NCBI RefSeq assembly: GCF_036321535.1
Contig: NC_087436.1
Location: 71,674,001 to 71,738,000, forward strand
From: Camelus dromedarius
Taxonomy: Eukaryota
Length of the DNA: 64,000 nt
Direction: 5' to 3'
Part shown: positions 1 through 13,099 of the stretch, piece after piece
How the letters are laid out: the number at the start of each line of letters is the position of its first letter
Position numbering within the stretch: position 1 is the stretch's first letter
The notes under the pieces: model-generated
Database searches by the model: none
The model's input: only the letters and a program-made list of their open reading frames with translations
Told to the model about the DNA's origin: nothing
Made by a program: the position numbers and the translations under genes

Positions 1-879
1 AAGCAACTTCCTTATCATTGTACTTCCCCAACAGAAAGAATTCTCAAATCCCTACTTTATAAGAAGGAGTTCTTCCTCTGCCTGGAGAGAAGAAAGCTAC
101 AATTCAGCAGATACAATTGCAGCACTTTTTGAAGAGAAAGGGCTGCCCAAATCCAACGAAAGCTGTATGACAGTGGTTATTCATATCCCTTGTGTGTGCA
201 AGCTTGCTTCACGAGGGAAAGAACTACGTCTTCTTTATTCCTGTATCTTTGATGTACACATGGTTGGGTCTCATCAAATAGTTGTTGAGTGAATGGATGG
301 TTCAAAAACAAAAGAAGCAACCACTGCTCTCTAGCTTTAGGGTAGGACTACAGCTGAGTGCTGAGTACCTATTTCTTTTCATTCTAAGCACACATATTTA
401 CTTATACTGTCTTTTTTTTTTTTTTTCATTATTACACCCCATAAATGTTTCTTGAATTTTTTTCTAAATTTCTTACTTTTGTCTTTTGCATAACTTAATT
501 CTTTTATCTTTTCACTCATTCAACAAATACTTGTTCATCCTGAGCTGAACTTCCCACTTCAGGGAAGAAAAACAAAAGAGCAAATGCCTTGGAAAGAGAC
601 GTGGGTCTATACTTAACTCCGCCAATCTTTGGAAGTGTCCTCAAGCAAGCTCCCTGACTTCTCCCCACCTCAGCAATTAAGTAGGTAATCTACAACCATA
701 CCTATTGCAGTTGACTGTTTGAGGGCTAATTGAGATCATGTATGTATATAATAGGCAACTGATAAGTGTTCATTGTCTTCCATGATTCTATTTCCTACTA
801 AAAGGTGGGAAATTTAATGACCGATGAGCAAATCCAGTTCAAGCTCCCAGAAATTAGAAAAGGCACAGACAATGCTATA

Positions 880-1240
880 TGTCATCAGACTCCACTGTGT
901 TTTCCTCTGTGAACGCAGAAACACTGAAATTCTCAGATCTCCTTTTAGTCAGTGGGTCATTAGAATGTAACAGAAGTGACGACATTCACCACTTCCAGGC
1001 CTAGAGCCTAAAAAGAAATCTTCCAGGCCTGGTCCCCTAACTGAAGTCCAAATGCAGAGAATCCAATGGAGGACTCCAAGACCCTACATGATATAGCAGC
1101 ATGGATAATAAGGAATCTAGGGCCCTAAATTACTGTGTGGACTAAATCCTTCCACCCCCACTGACCTGCAACAAACGACATGTAAACTGTTCAGTTTGGG
1201 AGTTGTTTAATTTTTATGGCAGCTAGCCTAACTTGAATAA
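880..1240 (+). mobile_element. Old MaLR LTR (MLT1J-like)
   Basis: agaagtgac...caccacttccaggcct; 3' end gtttgggagttgttt...gcagctagcctaac. Confidence 0.55.
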
Positions 1241-2992
1241 TTCATCACACAAACCGCCGAACTGAGAACTTAGAAGCAGATGAATAGTTTATCCGTTCTC
1301 TCACTAAATTTCTTGGGAGCTGAGGCTGGGTCTTAACTTCCTGGTACCCTACTCAACACTTAGGACAATGCTCTATATAAATTAGTTGCTTATTATCTAT
1401 GTGTAAATTGAACATTGCCACAAGATAGGACTAAATACACCTATACTTATACTGACACATACATATTTTAAATGAAGTCCACCTTCTACACTCTGGCTAT
1501 TTTAATTTAAAATATAAACCTATTTCCTGAAATCATTTCACTTTAGGGAACAATCAAGATAGGATGACAATTAAAATAGTAAGTAGAATATGCTCCCTGT
1601 TTCCCCATGTCACTTGTAGGAGGAGGGCCAGGGTGGGGAGGAGGAAGTTATAGGAACAAGCAAGTATATAGGTAAGAATCCTAGCTGTGTTTGAATATTA
1701 AGTTCTGAGATATCAAATCCCTAACACCTTCCTGTCCCACTGAGTCCTGGAGGGGTCAAGGGTCATTTTTTCCTTGAATTATAGTCTCCAATCAATTCTG
1801 TAATTGCTACTGTCACTTCCATTCTTTCTTCCATCAGACTTACTTGTACCATTGCTGGCCCACTTTTTAAAACATTCTCATAGCTCACCTTTGATGAATT
1901 TCTCTTTCCATGACCCAGGCATCCATCCCCAAGTGTACAAGTATTTGACAACTAAGAAACAGATTGCTAGTTCAATTTTTATGACCCCTTCCCTGATGGA
2001 ACGTGGGACACATTCCCCTAGAGCTATGATAGAGTATATTTTTAAAATGATATTCTCAAAAACATTTCTCCCCATAACAATCAAACAGTATCTCAAGCCT
2101 TAGGGACAGTTGTCAGCTATCTCCAGATAAATTTCCTACCTAGAGGTGACATTTTCACCAGAAACCAGCAATCAACATCTGTCTTTATTATTTAAATGCC
2201 CTAAACCTGGTGTCTTGGGTACCTGACAACCCCAAAATACTCTCCCCACTATTTTTTAACATAAATATTGTTAAGTACATCGTATATTCAGAAAGCTACA
2301 CACAGCACAACTATCCAATTCAGTGAATTTCTTTGCTGTTGTTAGTTAGTGGGCCAGTTAGTTAGTTTGCTTTTCTCAAGTCTTGGAAACCCCTTCACAA
2401 AAAGGAGTTTTGATGTCACTGATATTCTAACATCTCCGATGTCAGCAGGAAAATTCTCCCCATTCCTCCACTGCCACTCACACATGCTCCCCACACACTT
2501 TTGCTACATGATGAATGAGAGTCAGCATCGGTAATCTATGTCACAAAGGAGCTTTGAAGATTTGATATTTAGTTCACACCCTTGCAAATTTGGATTTTAA
2601 TAAAGTAGCACCTATTTACACAAAAGCATCTCAGGGATGGAATGCACATTGTCACTGTGCACAATACTCTGAAGAAGAGAGATTTGCATGCTTCACTGAA
2701 GTCATACTAATGATGGATTCTAGAAATGGTGAGGAAAGGTGAGGAGTGGAGAAACTGGCCTCACATCAGACCAAGAAATCCTTTCATGTGTCTATCCACA
2801 TTCATCGCCAGCTGTGCTCCCTCTCAACACTGCCTTCAAAAATCAAGAGGTAAAGAAACTGGATTTATAGCTGGACGTAAATGTGCATATAGCCAAATCT
2901 TTCCTGCCTTCTCAAGCATATCCAAAACATGTCCTTAATTAAATGCCATCAAAAAATGGAAATTATTTCAAAAGGTAGCATTCCAATGTTCT

Positions 2993-3326
2993 TTTTTTTT
3001 TTAATTGAAGTACAGTCAGTTACCATGTGTCAATTTCAGGTGTGCAGCACAATGTCCCAGTCATGTATACACATGCATATACTCATTCTCATATTCTTTT
3101 TCATTAAAGGTTATTACAAGATATTGAATATAGTTCCCTGTGCTGTACAGAAGCAGCTTGTATTTTTTTAATCTATTTTTATATATAGTGGCTAATATTT
3201 GCAAATCTCAAACTCCTCAGATTAGCCCCTTCCCATTCCTTTTCCCTGGTAACCATAGATTGTTTACTATGTCTGTGAGTCTGTTTCTGTTTTGTAGATG
3301 AGTTCATAGTGTCCTTTATTTTTCTC
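2993..3326 (-). mobile_element. 5'-truncated lineage-specific L1 3' end
   Basis: Poly(T) then aattgaagtacagtcagttac...; TSD ttc(c/t)aatgttct at 2981-2992 and 3327-3338. Confidence 0.8.
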
Positions 3327-4429
3327 TTCTAATGTTCTAAAAGAAGACAGTTGTGCCCATGTTCAATTCATGGGAAAGCGAAGGTAACGGAAAAAGGAAA
3401 ACACACTCTTAGAATTATTCTTTCATGACACAAAACACATTCCTCTTTTTTAATCTTCCAACTTTGGATTTCATTAAAATATCAGCCTTTCATTTTCCAA
3501 AAGTATCCATGAACTTGGTCTATCTATCCTATCTGTAATCCTAGAACTGTCCATTTATCTTCAGACAGAACTGTAATTCTTATTTAAAGGATGCTATGAA
3601 AATTCCTTTTTATTCCATTCATAACTAAGCAAAATTTCACTCTTCACTTTTTTCCCTCTTGCTCTATATTCCCAAAATTAAGGGGAACATGATAAGAGAG
3701 TCTGAGATAGGCTTTATTTAGATGGCAAGCTATTTTTTTCTAGAATGTTGTTGTTCCTTGTGTCACTTTTTCTCTTTAAATGTTGTCATTAATTTTTCTT
3801 TTTTCTTTTTCTTTTTTGCCCCCAAGTAGTGACTACACTTTAAAAAAAATCTCAATCAGAACCTGACTCTACACATGTATACCATACCCTCTCCATACCA
3901 CCCTACTGCAGCTTCTTTGCAGAGAATAGTTGTGCTGGCATTTCTTAACTCATTCACACTGCTGCTGTAGGGTCTGAAAATATGGGTGATCTGAGCATTT
4001 GGGGCTCTAAATGACTGTCCTCTTCTGACATGAATACGGATATGTCTAAATTATTTAGGTGTCCCTGACATGTTGATTTCACTGCTCTCAGATAGAGTTA
4101 AGTGGAGCCTCTTCTCCCACATATTTATTGTAAATTTTTGTCAAAAAGGAACTGTCTTCTGACACAAGTAATCCTATTTCACCATTATTTAGGTCTAAGG
4201 ATGAAACGTGTCCAGCGAGCCTTGAGTGAGCTAATAAAAGGCCAGATGACAGGAGAGGATGGTAGCGTGCCCTATGGACAAGCAGGGTCTCTGAATCTAT
4301 AAGCCAGAATCAGCACTCTTAAAACAGCTGCTGAATTTAATTCTAGTCTTTTATATTCATGTATACACATATATAAATATCACGTATGTTTCATTAAAAT
4401 GTTACGATTATTAAAAAATTTTACAAAGT

Positions 4430-4670
4430 CCTGAGGATTTTTAGGACAGTGAAACTATTCTGTAAGACACTATAATGGTGGATACATGACATCACACATT
4501 TGTCCAAACCCACAGAAGATATACTACTAAGACTGAGCCCTAATATGAAGTACGGACTTTGGGTGATAATAATACATTAATGTAGGTTCATCAATTTAAC
4601 AAACGTAACTATTCTGGTGCAGGATGTTGGTAGTTAGGGAGTGTGAGTACATGGGGGGTGGGGGTATAAC
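4430..4670 (+). mobile_element. Old L1 (L1MC-like) 3' UTR fragment
   Basis: Characteristic ggacagtgaaactattctgta...atggtggatacatgacat...catttgtccaaaccc. Confidence 0.7.
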
Positions 4671-6252
4671 TATTTTTTTTTTAAAGCTTCTTATCTGGAT
4701 ATTTTCTCATTTAACATTAAATCACGTGAAATAATCACATAATATGGATATGCCTTCTCATTCTTCTCTCCTTCTCTAGTTGACTAAAGGATAATATTGT
4801 AATTGCTTCCAACATCCCTACAACCTCAGACAAATCACTTTCTGGATGTTTCATTTTAAAGAGCTTTTAATTTTTTCCTAGGACAATTCCTACACCTCCC
4901 CCTCCTTCTCACTGCACACAACTTCATTTCATCTGTATTTACTGTTGTCTTGCCTGCCAATCAGAGATGAAAGCAGCTTTTCTAAAACCCACCTGTATTT
5001 TGGGGAACATTTTTTTAACCCTGTATGAATTTTTGAGTCTGAGCTACAGAATTAGATAACACTGGTCCCCCTTCTCTCCAATCTTCTCACACCCACCACC
5101 CAATAATTCTACAAGCTCCTGTCAGAGATACTGTTTAAAGAGCCCATATCCAATCTGATTTCCTGGTCGAAAGCCTGGCCGGCTCCCACGTCCACAATGG
5201 AATGCCACAAACGCCCTTCTCAACCTGACCTGCACTTGACCTCATCTCCTCTCACTGACCCAAGGGATCATGGCACTTTCCCATGTCCATTCATTGCCTC
5301 TGCTGTCCTCCTTCTACTTTCCTGCCTGGAAAAATGTTCATACATCATTGCATTTAAACTTATCTTCTCAGCAAAACCCTCCTTAACCTTCCAAGATAGT
5401 ATCAATTAACACAGTCCTTTTTCTGGTGTATATCACTAACATAAAACTGGTTAATTGTATAATACTTTGGTTAATTATTCATGCAGCTGCCTTTCCACTG
5501 GACTGTAAGAAACTTGGGGCTCAAATGACCTTGGTCATCTTTGTGAGTGGCTGGCACCAAGAAGGTGTCCTGTGAAGTCCAAGATTGTTTGGTGAATGCA
5601 TTAATGTAATCAATAGCCATGAATTGTGCATCTGACCAAAGAGAACAGCCAGAATTCTCAAATCTCACCCATGAGAGGAAGCAACAAAAGTTTTTCCTTA
5701 TTTCCATCTGGCTGACTAGAGTATATACATTTTACTTCTATTATAGTCTTTCAATAGACATAGTGTTACCTTTCTCTCCTCTTTAATTTAGTTTAGAATA
5801 GCAAATTTCCCTCCTTTTCTATGAAAATGGCAATGTAAATTTAAGTAATGGTTATTCACAAAGAATCATCCATCCATTCACTTTCTCAAATATATTTTGC
5901 ATCTTCCATAGGGCATAAATGAAGTTCTTTTTACCCATGGATTTTATCTTGGAGACAGAGAACAAGACTATTTATATCAAGCTCACAGGTAGAGCACAAA
6001 ATGTCTCTGAAAATTCAAACTCTTAGGAAAATTTTGACATCAGCAAGATATAACTCTCATGGATGCCACAAGAAGCAGCTTCTTCAGCACTCACTGAATA
6101 ATGCTTTCCTCCAGCAGCCTAAAGCCTAAACCAGACTAATGGATTTCAGGAAAGAGTTGTGGTTTCAGAAAATGGGAAAATATGATGAGCTACCGTTGAA
6201 GGCTACCCACCACTGTTTCCACCAGTACCACTCACCCCTCATTTATCCGCTG

Positions 6253-6292
6253 TCTCTCTCTCTCTCATAAACACACACACACACACACACAC
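6253..6292. repeat. Compound (CT)n/(AC)11 microsatellite
   Basis: Direct reading. Confidence 0.85.
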
Positions 6293-8040
6293 GTCCCCAC
6301 AACTCCCCTTTTGAGCTAGGCTGTTGTCAGAGGCATATATAGATGTACATTACTCTTATGGTAGTTTTCCTCACAGAAACCAGGTTAAGTCAGGTCAGTC
6401 AGGTTCCAAAGATTTTCCTGACTTACAGAAACCCTAGTTTCCAGAAACCCAGGTGGAAATGACATCAGGTTGAAACATATGTCAGAGTTTGATGGGAAAC
6501 TCATTGGGCTGGAAGTCACTGGACCTGAATTCTTGTGCTGATTCTACCATGGTGATCTTAAACAAATCTCTTTACGTTTAATGGTCTAAGTTCATTCATT
6601 TGCCATAAGATAAAACTGTCTCGTCAGTATTTTTTATACTGGGCATGTGCTAGGTGCTACACAAAGGTGAAGGATAAACAGGAACCATTGTACTTAATGG
6701 TAGGTAATTTTAAAACAGTACTTTTATGAACAAATAAGTAGATTTATTTTCAAAGCTTCAATTTCAAAGATGTGGGATTTTTTTTTAAGATAAAATAGTA
6801 GACTTCAAAGACACATTATGCTCATTCTGAGTGGAACTTTCTCTATACCTCCAGACACCTGGTGAACAGGCTCTATTTCCTCTGCATTAGAAATCTCTTA
6901 TTGAAAAATGATGGAAAATACTGATGAATACTCTTCAAAGTCCCTTCTGTAACTTTTCATCCTATGATTCTGTGTATTAAATGGCAAATGACCAGTTTGC
7001 CAGTTTGATTTATACCCTAGCTATTGCTCACTACTGAAATACAATGCTTTGCAAAGAAAGGAGTTAAAATTCCAGATTAAGATATATTGCAATCCTGTCA
7101 AATGTCCATTCTTTGTCGTAGGGGAAGGAGAAAGTAGAATTATTAGAGAAGATTCTAGTGAGTGTGCACCTGATTCTCTGCAGATGAGGGATGGAAAGCA
7201 AGAGTGAGAAGTAAAGGAAATATGTAGAACTTGCCTGTAAATGGAGCTGGGACAAAATGGAACTGTCCCAAAGAGAAGGAGCAGAGATACGCTTCTGTGA
7301 GGTAGAAAAAGCAATTTCTCCCTACAGGAATGTTAAAAAAATTGGACTGCAGTAAATACAGTTTAGGTAGCTTAACTACTTTGGTTCTGGACATCTCTGA
7401 GAAGTAAAGGTCATGAAAGGTTAAACTGTACCATTCCCTCTCTCCACACTTCACATGCACAGATTAAACACAAATCTTGTGAATCTTGATGTAACAGACC
7501 TAGTTTTCACGTCATTACTTCATGTTGAATATGAGGATTTTGAATATTGTAACTAACTATAATATTTCCAGTCGACTCTAAAATGGCCCTTGAAACCAAG
7601 AATGCAAATGTCCATAGATAAATGTAGTAAATTCAGATATTTTATCCTGACAATATCCATCAGCTAGGAATACTATACCTCATTGCCATTCATCAGAACT
7701 TTAATAAAATTGGAACTTATCAGAAGAAACATGTCTAAATCAAGATCCACAAAATAAACATCAAATGTACTCTTGGGAAGACACATTCATGGGAAAATAT
7801 TTTCTTGTACTTTAATTTTTGCTAAGGTTGTGGTAACAGGATGTGTGTCATAAATACTAAATAAGGACTCAATTTAAAGACTATACTTACGTAAAGGAAC
7901 ACTACTGTAGGTCAAAATCTTTACAGGCACAACTGCAGTTCAGTTGTGTGTGCATCTGGCAACGTGGTCATTTGATTATATTAAGAAAAGTGTGTGAAAA
8001 ATGATACAGAACAGATTACCCATGATTTATGAAAAGAAGG

Positions 8041-8110
8041 ATTGAAACATCGTGCTGTACACCAGAAATTGACACAACATTGTAAACTGACTATAACTCA
8101 ATAAAAAAAA
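8041..8110 (+). mobile_element. Extreme 3' tail of lineage-specific L1
   Basis: gctgtacaccagaaattgacacaacattgtaaactgactataactcaataaaaaa; same family as 2993-3326 and 60025-60094. Confidence 0.75.
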
Positions 8111-9145
8111 GGAATCATTATCTGCTACCAAATTTACTAGCTCAGCATATTCTGTGTGTCTTATTGATTCACGTATTTATTAACATAAAGATGAAAAAGA
8201 GAAAGATGTAGGATGATCATTTTTTTTATGGCAGAGACAGATGTTGTAAAATAGCCAGCAAAATAATTAGAAGAGATAAATTCACTACAAACTTCTATTT
8301 TGTGCACATAGTTCTAATGCATCTGGAGAAGAAAAAAACATTTCAAAGTCTTGGCTGTAGTGTTTTCTGTGGAGAACAATAAAGTTCTGAAACCTTCACT
8401 GGGCTCTCCAAACAATTCAGTGTGTTGCCTTTGATCTTCAAAGGCCCAACATCATCTGGATTCAGGTCTCCATAGAAACTGCCTTTATGTACCAGGATGC
8501 CTGTTTCAGCTGGCCAAAGGACAGCTGCCAACAGGCCGTAGGTGTAAATAACAAAGGCTGGAAGCAACCCATTTTCCATGGAGAAATTCCACCTTTGGAA
8601 TTCATTTTTTCAGTTGGTTTCACCAAATTCAGGAATATTGGCCTTCAGGCCATAGAATAAAGCCCAATTACCCGATACTTATGGGACTATTTAGTTGTAA
8701 AATAAACATAAAGTCACAACATTATTAAGATGGAATAAGTATCTTGGATTAAATTCTCAGATTCTTTGACTTCCTCTGAATTGCTCCAAGCATGCCAATG
8801 TGTGTCGAAACTATAATTAAGTCCTCCCACTTCTCCATGAAAAAATACAAGTCTGCCTAAATAATAAAAGTTTCTTTGAAAATGCAAGGGGTTTTAAAAA
8901 ATTGGCAATGAGTTATTTAAAAGAAAAAAAAAGCCCTGAGAACTAGAACATTTATGTGTATTACCTGTCTGGAGAGCTCAAGTAAGAACACAGATATTTT
9001 CATCAAATGCATTGGTTTATGGAGATTCCCAGGGAAAGATCAACTCCCTTCTTCAACCCACAGAAGCAGAGCCTACAGTTCAGACTCAGAACAGCCCATC
9101 ATCCTTAGGAAACAGATATTTAGCCATGACCAAGTCTCAACTCAA

Positions 9146-9239
9146 GGGGGAGGGTGTAGCTCAGGGGTAGAAGCGTATGCCTAGCATGCATTAGGTCCTG
9201 GGTTCAATCCCCAGTACCTCCATTAAATAGAGAAAAAAA
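9146..9239 (+). mobile_element. tRNA-derived SINE (camelid Vic-1-like)
   Basis: GGGGAGGGTGTAGCTCAG...GGTTCAATCCCCAGTACCTCC (A and B boxes), A tail, 13-bp TSD aagtctcaactca at 9132-9144 and 9240-9252. Confidence 0.9.
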
Positions 9240-9578
9240 AAGTCTCAACTCAGATGTCACCTCCTCAGAGGCCTTCTATATGTACTCCAGTTAAGGTAGG
9301 ACCTACTTCAGTATTACTCTCTTTGCTTCTTCATACAGAACTGGCAGAAGAAAGAATCCGAAAACTTGAAAACAGGTCAATTGAGATTATCCAGACCAAG
9401 AAACAGAAAGAAAAATAAATGAAGAAAATTAACAGAGCCTCAGATACCTGTGGAAAACCATCAAGCTATCAATGTATGCACAATGGAAGTCACAGGAGAG
9501 AATAAAGAGAAAGGGGAAGAAAAAACATAAATAAATAGTGGTTAGTAACTTCTCAAATTTGATTTAAAAATTAATCTA

Positions 9579-10879
9579 ACAGTCAACTAATATTTGACAA
9601 GGAAGCCAAAGAATACTCATATGAGGAAAGGATAGTTTCTTCAATAAATGTTGGAAAAACTGGATAACCACATACAAAAATATAAAATTGGACCCCTATC
9701 TTATACCTCTCTCCAAAATTTATTCAAAATGGATTTAAAATATAAATGTAAGACCTGAAACTGTAAAACTCCTAGAAGAAAACATAGAAAAAAAGCTCCT
9801 TGACAATGCTCTTAGCAATGATATTTTTGGATATGACACAAAACCCACAAGTAACAAAAGGAAAATTAAACAAGCAGAATGACGTCATACTAAAATTTTT
9901 TGCACAGCAAAAGAAACAACCAACAAAATGAAAAGGTAATGTATGGAATGGGAGAAAATATTTGCAGGTCATGTATCAGATAAGAGGTTACTATCAAAAA
10001 CATATAAAGAATTTATACAAATAACAAAAGCAATCCAATTAAAAAATGAGTAGAGAAACTGAACAGACATTTTCCCAAAGAACAAATACAAATGACCAAA
10101 GGTAACTATAAAGAGCTTACTATCAGTAATCACCAGGGAAATGCATGTCAAAACCATAGTAAAATATCACCTCACACCTGTTAGAATGGTTATTATAAAA
10201 AAAAACAAGAGATAAATATTCTTGAGGATGTGGAGGAAAGGGAACCTTCATGCACTGTTGATGGGAAGGTAAATTGGCAAGACACTATGGAAAACAGTAT
10301 GGAGGTTCCTCAAAAAATTTAAAAAAAAAACTACCATATGATCTAGCAATTCTTCTGCTGGGTATATATCCAAAGGAAACTAAAACCGGATCTGAAAGAG
10401 GTACATGAACCCTCATGTTCACTGAAGCATTATTTACAATAGCCAAGATATGGAAACAACCAAAGTGTCTGTCAATAGATAAATGGTTAAAGAAGATGTA
10501 TATAAGCAATGAAATATTACTCAGCCAAGAAAAAGAACAAAATCCTGATATTTGCAACAACATGGATGGTCCTTGAGGACACTAGATAAATGAAATAAGT
10601 CAGGAAGAGAAAGACAAAGAATATATGATGTCACTTATACATGGATAGGACTTACCTATATTGTATCATAATTAAAACATAATACTGTACTACATACTTG
10701 AAAGTTACTAAAAGAATAGATCTTAAATTTTGTCACAGAAAAGAAATGATAATTATGTGATGTGACAGAGGTTTTAGCTAATGCTACTATGGTAATCACA
10801 CTGTAATATATAAATTTATCAAATCAACACTTTGTACATCTTAAAGTTACAAAATGTTATATTCAATAAAGTTAAGGGA
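9579..10879 (+). mobile_element. 5'-truncated L1 (ORF2 C-terminus plus 3' UTR, L1MA-like) nested in an older L1 ORF1 fragment (about 9335-9565 and 10893-10930)
   Basis: Decayed ORF2 sequence (ttcaataaatg...ggaaaaactggata; cacctcacacctgttagaatgg); 13-bp TSD aaaaattaatcta at 9566-9578 and 10880-10892. Confidence 0.88.
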
Positions 10880-11788
10880 AAAAATTAATCTATATACTCA
10901 AGAAGCTCAAGAATTCCAAGTAAACTCAAAGATCAAGTACTTTATTCACTGCTGCATTTTCAGACCCCAAAATTTGGCCTCATACATAGAAGGCTCTCAG
11001 CAAATATTTGTTGAGTCAATCAATAAATTATTCCTTATTTCACAAATGTAAAGCCTCAAGCACAGAGAAGCAAAGTAATTTTCCCAAAGTCAAACAGTTA
11101 GTAAATGATAGTCTGATTTTAAATCCAGGCAGTCTGACAGCAGAGTCCTCAATCTTAACCTCGTGCTAGTCTACGTCACATACCAACCATTGCAAAATGG
11201 CTTTTTTGTGTGTAAAATTCATGTTGCATAATTAGCCACATCCTGCTGCCTCTCTCTGCTTCCAACTGAAGAACTCAATTCTCAGATCTTCAAGGACAGC
11301 AAGGATAGTGGAGAGAAAATAGGCTTTAATGTCATACAGACTTCGGTTTGGATCTCTAGTTGGGCTCTATCTGAGGCTTGTCATCTTGGATAGGTAATTT
11401 TATGTGCTTCCCAATTTTCATATCTTGGTAGGCATAAAGAATTGTATTTCTGCAGCACACTAGGGCAAGGTAGCACTTGGTCAAAGGTGACTGGCTTGGA
11501 AATCCAGGTGCCTCATGTTCTTCCTACCCACCTCCAGGGCTAGGAGGGTCATATCTGGGCATACCTACAATTGATTTGCACACACAGCCCTTGAGATGCT
11601 CTAATTTACCCAGTTTCCTTATCTTTAAAAATGGGGCACCAGCTCATAAAGTGGGGAAGATTATGTCCACTACACAGAGCACTTGTGAACTTAAATAAAA
11701 CATCACAGACAAAATGCTTGTTTATTGACTGTCACAATGTAGGTGCTTGCTTGATGGTGGTTATCATTATGGTTACCCCAATTAGTAT

Positions 11789-12190
11789 TGTTAAAAAAAG
11801 AAATAACAGGTCCAAAATGGAGTCACTTATACTAAGCCCCACAACAGCAAACCAAGACTTAACTGCAGTTTCAACCTCTCCCTGGAATGTGAACTTTACC
11901 CAGTCAATATGGAATTACCTGATCAGCACTAGTGAGATAATCGGCAGGACAGACCCTACCTTCCCACAAAGGAAGATGATCTTTCCTGGAAAAAAAAAAA
12001 CAAAAAAACAAAAAACCTTTCTTTTGTTTATGACTTCATTGTCCTACCCTCCTTCTGCCTTTAAAAACCTTCCCTTTGGAACAGTTCCTCAGAGCTCCTT
12101 TCTCTTTGCTAGATGGGATGTTGCCTGATTCATGAATCACTAAATAAAGCCGATTTGATCTAAAATTACCCAGCTGATTTTTTTTTAACA
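11789..12190 (+). mobile_element. Solo LTR (ERV1-like)
   Basis: TGTTAAAAAA...TTTTTTAACA terminal inverted ends, aaaatggagtc motif, AATAAA about 45 nt from the 3' end. Confidence 0.8.
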
Positions 12191-12429
12191 GCACTGACAT
12201 CAATGGCAGCATTTGTTTACATTTCCCATGGGTTGTCTGTACCCAAGGAGCAGCTTGGGCCAGATTCCACCATGCATATTGGTTTCTCTGCTTCCTAAAA
12301 CAATGAATTTGCGGATTACTTTCAGTTTATTAATTCTGACTTCCTGCTCACTCACTGACAAAGCATCTAACTGTGCACTGAGGGAGATTCTAGGGAGTAT
12401 GATCATATAATCTCAAGACAGGAAAAGAT

Positions 12430-12720
12430 TATTACCCTGCTGAAGTACTCTCCTCAATGGCCTCAATCCCATCTGAAACATTCACTGAATGAACACTCAA
12501 TCAATCCTCAGATACCTCCAATAATGGGAGTATAACTATCCAAAGAAGCCCATTCCAGCTTGGGACAAGATTTACAAAATTTCTTTACGTTAAGTCCAAA
12601 TCCAACTTCCTACAGCTTCTGCCCATGGATCATTTTTCAATTTGGAACCACTTGGGGAAGATCCCGTATCTGTCAAATAGACCTCATCTTGAAAGATCAC
12701 ATTCTAAGACTCAGACATAC
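12430..12720. mobile_element. CR1/L3 relic
   Basis: agcccattccagcttgggaca...ttctttacgttaagtccaaatc resembles the L3 3' region. Confidence 0.45.
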
Positions 12721-13099
12721 CTGGGATTGTCTAGTGAGAGGGAACCTGGGTCCAGTCTAGGCTACTATTTGTAGGAGGAACTGGAGAGCTTCCTAGAAAA
12801 GTCATTTGTCCTAATAAAACACAAGCTGTGGAACAAGTAGCAGATAGGAGCCACAGTATACAAACACAGGTGAGCAAGCAAACTACTTCTTTTCTGTAAT
12901 AACTTAATTTCCGACTAATAAACTACCCTACCTCACATCACATGTTTGTTCACAGACAATGAGAGAAGAGCAAATGAGTAGAGCTCCAAGTCCATCTCTC
13001 AGACTGCCTTCCAACCCTGCCCCTATGGTCTCAAACTTAAGTCCCAGGGACAAGAGAGGCTTTACAACGAAAAGAGAGAGAGAAATTTTTCCATCAACA

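Noticed and set aside
11631..12128. 165-aa ORF
   Set aside because: Runs across MIR-like sequence and a solo LTR; no splice or homology support.
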